This document shows, piece after piece, positions 58,093 through 64,000 of a stretch of 64,000 nt of DNA. Every line of letters begins with the position of its first letter. Within the stretch, counting starts at the first letter, position 1. This DNA is from Macrostomum hystrix (Eukaryota > Animalia > Platyhelminthes): assembly GCA_950097015.1 (NCBI GenBank), contig CATNEN010000001.1, positions 26,536,001 to 26,600,000 on the forward strand. Reading direction: 5' to 3'. The translations under genes and the position numbers were made by a program. The notes under the pieces were generated by a model, which saw only the letters and a program-made list of their open reading frames with translations, did not search any database and had not been told where the DNA came from.

Positions 58093-59294
58093 TGCATATA
58101 TAGCAATTTTTTTCTTTATTAATCCGAAAATAAGCTATATATGCGAGTATGCGTCGATATTAAGGTTGCATGGCCAAACGAGACCCTTCTCAACACAAAG
58201 AACAGGAAGCTGAGCAGGAGTCGATCGATCGATCGATCAAGTGTGTGACTGTTTTTGATTATTTTAGGCACACAATGTCACTCCATCACTTCCTGTATTG
58301 GGTGTGGCAGCAGGTTGTAGGCTTCAAACTGCAATAAACATATTTATACATTTTAGGTAGATTCGCATTTAGTTGTGCATCTGTGCTGTAAAATAGTACT
58401 ACAGATCTGTTTTGAAGGGGTGAGTGTGGCGTCCCCCCAGTCCATGGACTGAACAGCTCCGTATGGCAGTTTTAAGATGTGCCGCGCAATAGCTGCGGCT
58501 GTGCTGTCGGCTGCACATCTGGCCCAACTGGGACAGGTTCAATCTACTAATAAACCTTTGTCGTACTTTCAGGACAGGTCATTAAAAACGAGTGCTGAGT
58601 TTTCTGCGAATTAAACATAAAAAGTCCTTACTTACTACTGCTTAATAATCATGTTTCTGATATGTTTTACTTCTGACTTTATCACGATGATGTCCGTACT
58701 TTGTGATTCTGGAGTTTCATGGCCATTGGTTGAATGTTTTAAGAGATGCAGAAAAAATGTTGGTATTTGAAACAGCCCCGTGGTATTTCCACTGTTAAAA
58801 ATAACTTTAAAATAGCTTTTGTCCATGTTAGACTTGTGAAAATATTAATTTAAATAAACGATGTTTGCAATTTAAGTGCTTCCAACCTCACGGCAGTGCA
58901 TTCCTTGCACCTTTATGATACTTGCTATTTCTAGTTTGTTTAAAACTAACTTCAATAAAAATTTATCGAGCGACTCTGAATTTAAAGGTAAAGATTAGAA
59001 AAAAGTTTTGAGTTTTGACTATTACTTTGGTAATAATGTCCCATATTTGTGTGGTTGCAGTATGAGCACAAAGGTATATTCACTGGAAATTCATACCGTC
59101 AGAATCTCACCTTGGCATTCTATTAACTAACTATCCGTACTTACTGTGTATAGTTATAAGGATAGGCAAGTATGAAACCAGAGACTAGATTTCATGATCG
59201 GCAGAGAAGTTGACGCAATTCGAAAGCTTTTATTTTATCATCAGTCACAAAGGCAAAGAGACTGCAGCAATTGTGCAGCAATAAAAATGCTCAA

Positions 59295-59885
59295 TCAGTC
59301 CTTAGCGTGCATCCCGTGCGACATTTTGTTGAGGGCAGTGGCGGATGACTTGGCAGTTGCCTTCAGCGTCTTCTGCTTGGCCATGGCTTTACTGACACCT
59401 TTCGGTCGTTTCTTCGGCTTCTGGTGCTTCGACCGAGCACCGCCGCTGCCGCTTCCAGCTGAAGTCGACGACTGTCCACCGGCGGCCGGATCTTCCGGCT
59501 GCGACATTAGCTGGCGTTGGCATTCAACGAAGCGCTGCTTCTCGCGGCGTTCCTCGCGTTTCTCATCGAATCGGAGCTCGTCTAGGCGAATCTCGGCCTC
59601 CCGCCTGGCAACCACAACATCCGTCACAATCTTCGCTACCTCGGCTTCGTCCACTTTCATCTCTTCCAGGCGCCGATCGATCAGCCGTTCGACATCCTTG
59701 AGCAGGGTGAGCTCAAACTGGTTGGCCAGGAGGATGGCAGTTCCGGGTCGGCCAGCTCTAGCGGTGCGACCGCACCTGTGCACATAGTCCTTGGGCCTGG
59801 TGGGCACATTGTGACTGACCACCAGATCCACCAGTGGAATGTCCAGGCCCCGACTGCCAACATCTGTGGAGATGAGCACGCGAAC
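59295..59885 (-). CDS. DDX49: DDX49 terminal exon
   Basis: TDVGSRGLDIP, YVHRCGRTARAGRPG; AATAAA ~60 nt past the stop (59228-59233). Confidence 0.93.
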   Translation of the reverse strand, partial: VRVLISTDVGSRGLDIPLVDLVVSHNVPTRPKDYVHRCGRTARAGRPGTAILLANQFELTLLKDVERLIDRRLEEMKVDEAEVAKIVTDVVVARREAEIRLDELRFDEKREERREKQRFVECQRQLMSQPEDPAAGGQSSTSAGSGSGGARSKHQKPKKRPKGVSKAMAKQKTLKATAKSSATALNKMSHGMHAKD

Positions 59886-62063
59886 CTGGGCGGAGAGTTA
59901 GAAGACAGGCTTGATAGAGAAACACCAACTCTTAATTCTTTATTTCTCTATTCAGTAGCGGCGTACAGTTGCCCAGTCCATGGACTGGGGAAGCCTTGAC
60001 ATCCACCTTTATTTCTAAACCAGCTAATGCTGGTACCCATTTTACAACTGGGTCATCTGAAAGTAAAAAAACTGTCTCGCTTTCCCTTTAGGCTACTCAG
60101 GAAGCGTAAACACTTTCTGGTTGATGTACTTTTCTTATAGTGAGGTAAATGCTCAACACTGCAAAACTCACTTTAGAGAGGTCTATAGTTCGAATCCTGA
60201 AACTCATACAAACCTGTGCGTGTGTGCTCAGAATTGACTCCTCAAGCCCCCGTCACGATCGATAGTGCTCACCTGATTGGACTTGAACCTGGCCAGCGAG
60301 TCCAACCTCTGTCTCTGCGTGAGTGCAGAGTGCAGCAGTGCGGAGTCCAGTCCCAAGGCTTTGAACATCAGGCCAAGCAGGTGGCACCATTTGCACTTGT
60401 TAGTGAATACCACAATTAGCGAGGCCGGGTGCTTGGCTAGGAAATCGGACACAATCTGGATGAGGAAGGCGTCCTTCACCTGAGCGGGCATGAGGCAGTA
60501 GTACTGGCGCAGCGATTCAGGCAGGCGGGTGGCCGACGATGTCGAGAAGCTGCCGTCCGCGGCCGCTTCGGCTGAGCAGTTGAAGATGAACGGGGCGGGC
60601 CGCCGGTCGCCATTCTCATTGGTGGCAGCCGCGGAGGCCAAAGCGGCGCTGACGGCCTCGGTGTAGGTGGCGCTGAAGAGCAGCGTCTGCCGATCGGTTG
60701 GGACGGCGGCCACGATGGCAGCCAGGTCAAGGCCGAAATTGTCCTCCAGCAAGCGATCGGCTTCGTCCAGGATGAGGTAGCGAAGGCTGGAGAAGTGCAA
60801 ATCCTCCGAGTTGCTGCGGATGTGATCAGCCAGACGGCCTGCAAACAGAATGCCAGTCTTATATCAGGGCTCAGTGCCGGAGCGGTCTAACGCGTTTGAC
60901 TATCTGGCGCCAAGGTCCCTGAGCTCGATTCTGCGGTGAGGCCACGTTCATTCTGGTGGCTTGTCCTACAATTTACGCTCTTGAGGGCCAACCTGCAAGG
61001 CACAGTGAAAGTGTACACTGTCTGACAATGAGAAAGTCAGGGCAGATGTACACACCTGTGTGAGAGTGTGCTCAGGCTACAGCGAAATGGTGTATTATTA
61101 TTATTCTCATGTCTGATTGACACTAGACAGTGCTTACGAGAGTAGACGGCCAGTACTCACCAGGCGTACCAACAATGAAATACGGTCTGGCAGCGAGCAT
61201 CCTGCCCTGCTCAACCACATCACGGCCGCCGGTGACTGTTAGCAGGCGAAAATTCAAAGCCTGGCAGAGCACCCTGAGCTGGTCGGTGATCTGGAAGGCC
61301 AGTTCTCTGGTTGGCGTCACCACCAGGGCGTACGGACCCACCGGATCGTCTAGCAGGCGATGCATGATTGGCAGAGCGAAGGCCAGGGTCTTGCCGGAGC
61401 CAGTCTCGGCGCAGCCAATCACATCGCGGCCAGCCAGCACAGCCGGAATGCAAGCTAGCTGCACGGGTGTGGGCCGGGTGATTGACAGGGCCGATAGTTG
61501 GCTTAAAAGCCAGGGCTTCAGGCCCAGAGAGGCGAAGTCGCCACCGGATTGGCTGGCGGGCTGCTGGAAAAGTTTAGCGATAATGTTTTCCTTCCAAGGC
61601 TTGGAGTTCATTCAGTTGTAAAATGGGTTTTCTGTTTGCTTGAAAAATATAATGTAAAATTAATGAGTTTTAAACAAATGAGCAAAATTTTTGACTAGAA
61701 AATATTACGCATTTATTTGCTGCTATGTTAATAGGACATTATTGACGACAAGAAATAATGCTTCAATAAAACTTTTTTCTTTCTCTCAAGCAAAAACGAG
61801 AGATTTCGATTGAACAAAAAAATGAGCAAAAAATACATTTTCAACATAAAAAAGACAAGATATTCTCCCATGCAAATTGCAGATTTCATGGTAAAAATAA
61901 ATACGTGTATAATTTGTTCTCTTTTGGAAGATTCGTTTCTATATTCTATGGTGAAGACTGCGAACGATAGGCTCAAAAGACGGCGCGATTACAATGTTTA
62001 GGGCATAAATATTTGTTGTCCGATATAGCCCACTCTAAAATGAGTTTGGGCAACTCTTACCAT
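59295..62063 (-). CDS. DDX49: ATP-dependent DEAD-box RNA helicase DDX49 (Dbp8), whole spliced gene, ~520 aa
   Basis: complement join(62063-62061,61563-61161,60838-60273,59885-59295). Q-motif FASLGLKPWL..PTPVQ, AETGSGKT, PTRELA, DEAD, SAT, SRGLDIP, YVHRCGRTARAG; DDX49-type C-terminus VVVARREAEIRL. An unspliced start at ATG 61611 is the alternative. Confidence 0.9.
59950..60056 (-). mobile_element. dispersed repeat family B fragment (SINE-like body)
   Basis: CCCAGTTGTAAAATGGGTACC motif and palindrome CAGTCCATGGACTG; related pieces at 23570-23645 and 58425-58470. Confidence 0.5.
60273..60838 (-). CDS. DDX49: DDX49 exon (DEAD, SAT)
   Basis: GRLADH..LDEADRLL..LFSAT. Confidence 0.93.
60867..61106 (+). 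mobile_element. SINE family A, copy 6 (diverged)
   Basis: diverged head and body, (TTA)n tail, in a DDX49 intron. Confidence 0.8.
61161..61563 (-). CDS. DDX49: DDX49 exon (Q motif, motifs I-Ib)
   Basis: GCAETGSGKTLAFALP, TPTRELAFQI, donor GTGAGT. Confidence 0.92.
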
Positions 62064-62397
62064 AGACAGTTAAGGCGTGCTACAAAAATGTAGTCTAAGT
62101 GCGCAGTGATACCTCGTTACATCATTTGTGCACGCTCCAAATGTCTATGGCACAAAGTGTGTACAGTAAAGCACATGCAAAATCAAGAAAATTAAGAATA
62201 ATTATTGCAAAATTAAGCATAGGAACTAGTAGAACTTAATTGATTAGTCACCAGGGTAATGAACCACCAGATTAGTCACAAGAATTTAATAAAAATTCTT
62301 AAATCAACAAAATGATTATTGTGCGTACAAATATAGAATAACAAGCTTTTTTAAATAATAAACCAAGGGACTATTAAATACTAAATACTAGAGTATT

Positions 62398-62521
62398 TTA
62401 GGATATAATGGATTTAGGATATAATGGATTTAGGATATAATGGATTTAGGATATAATGGATTTAGGATATAATGGATTTAGGATATAATGGATTTAGGAT
62501 ATAATGGATTTAGGATATAAT
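62398..62521. repeat. 16-bp minisatellite GGATATAATGGATTTA
   Basis: ~7.5 copies. Confidence 0.95.
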
Positions 62522-62561
62522 CGATCGATACGGGCACGGGCCAAATTTTTGTTGCGCAAAA

Positions 62562-63878
62562 GGAAGGTAGCTGAGGGGCAGGAGGAAGGCAGCTGAGGGG
62601 CAGGAGGAAGGCAGCTGAGGGGCAGGAGGAAGGCAGCTGAGGAGTTAGGAGGAAGGCAGATGAGGGGCAGGAGGAAGGCAGCTGAGGGGCAGGAGGAAGG
62701 CAGCTGAGGGGCAGGAGGAAGGCAGCTGAGGGGCAGGAGGAAGGCAGCTGAGGGGCAGGAGGAAGGCAGCTGAGGGGCAGGAGGAAGGCAGCTGAGGGGC
62801 AGGAGGAAGGCAGCTGAGGGGCAGGAGGAAGGCAGCTGAGTGGCAGGAGGTAGAGGGGTAGGAGGAAGGCAGCTGAGGGGTAGGAGGAAGGCATATGAGG
62901 GGCAGGAGGAAGGCAGCTGAGGGGCAGGAGGAAGGCAGCTGAGGGGCAGGAGGAAGGCAGCTGAGGGTCAGGAGGAAGGCAGCTGAGGGGCAGGAGGAAG
63001 GCAGCTGAGGGTCAGGAGGAAGGCAGCTGAGGGGCAGGAGGAAGGCAGCTGAGGGTCAGGAGGAAGGCAGCTGAGGGGTAGGAGGAAGGCAGCTGAGGGG
63101 CAGGAGGAAGGCAGCTGAGGGTCAGGAGGAAGGCAGCTGAGGGGCAGGAGGAAGGCAGCTGAGGGGCAGGAGGTAGAGGGGCAGGAGGAAGGCAGCTGAG
63201 TGGCAGGAGGTAGAGGGGTAGGAGGAAGGCAGCTGAGGGGTAGGAGGAAGGCATATGAGGGGCAGGAGGAAGGCAGCTGAGGGGCAGGAGGAAGGCAGCT
63301 GAGGGGCAGGAGGAAGGCAGCTGAGGGTCAGGAGGAAGGCAGCTGAGGGGCAGGAGGAAGGCAGCTGAGGGTCAGGAGGAAGGCAGCTGAGGGGCAGGAG
63401 GAAGGCAGCTGAGGGTCAGGAGGAAGGCAGCTGAGGGGTAGGAGGAAGGCAGCTGAGGGGCAGGAGGAAGGCAGCTGAGGGTCAGGAGGAAGGCAGCTGA
63501 GGGGCAGGAGGAAGGCAGCTGAGGGGCAGGAGGTAGAGTGGCAGGAGGAAGGCTGCTGAGGGGCAGGAGGAAGGCAGCTGAGGGGCAGGAGAAAGGCAGC
63601 TGAGGGGTAGGAGGAAGGCATATGAGGGGCAGGAGGAAGGCAGCTGAGGGGCAGGAGGAAGGCAGCTGAGGGGCAGGAGGAAGGCAGCTGAGGGGCAGGA
63701 GGAAGGCAGCTGAGGGGCAGGAGGTAGAGTGGCAGGAGGAAGGCATATGAGGGGCAGGAGGAAGGCAGCTGAGGGGCAGGAGGAAGGCAGCTGAGGGGCA
63801 GGAGGAAGGCAGCTGAGGGGCAGGAGGAAGGCAGCTGAGGGGCAGGAGGTAGAGTGGCAGGAGGAAGGCTGCTGAGGC
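62562..63878. repeat. 22-bp minisatellite GGCAGCTGAGGGGCAGGAGGAA
   Basis: ~60 copies, including a 360-bp higher-order duplication. Confidence 0.97.
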
Positions 63879-64000
63879 TTCTGAAACAATAATCAAGTCG
63901 CCAGGCGCTGCCAAAAAATTCAGGGGGGATTTCCCCTTGGTATAAAGACGAGCGGCAAAATGGCTCGGTAGTCCAGCTGTTAAAATCCATAAAAATAAAT

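Noticed and set aside
59194-61621. Plus-strand ORFs antisense to DDX49 exons (and similar ones opposite TRPM and DENND4 exons)
   Set aside because: Shadow ORFs produced by GC-rich codon usage on the coding strand

Overview
Eukaryotic (metazoan) genomic DNA with GC-rich exons and introns packed with minisatellites; the style resembles a flatworm such as Macrostomum (inference only). Four spliced genes can be rebuilt by hand with GT-AG junctions and consistent phases: a DENND4/Crag-like Rab GEF (+, 10 exons, 1900-20336, ~1691 aa), a GRAMD2-like GRAM-domain membrane protein (-, 9 exons, 41080-22749, ~380 aa), a TRPM-family cation channel (-, 13 exons, 56264-44619, ~1183 aa) and the DEAD-box helicase DDX49/Dbp8 (-, 4 exons, 62063-59295, ~520 aa). 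About 40 tandem-repeat arrays and six copies of a structured tRNA-derived SINE fill the introns, and there are fragments of a second SINE-like family. Most long ORFs in the track are repeat artefacts. The most unusual observations are a five-fold in-frame tandem duplication of a real splice acceptor, sense-strand arrays of perfect 5' splice sites, exon-hugging minisatellites that recur between introns of one gene, an internally inverted satellite, SINEs all lying antisense to the genes, and a TRPM lacking the pore-loop cysteines and the C-terminal coiled coil or enzyme domain. No prokaryotic-type system (CRISPR, IS) is supported.
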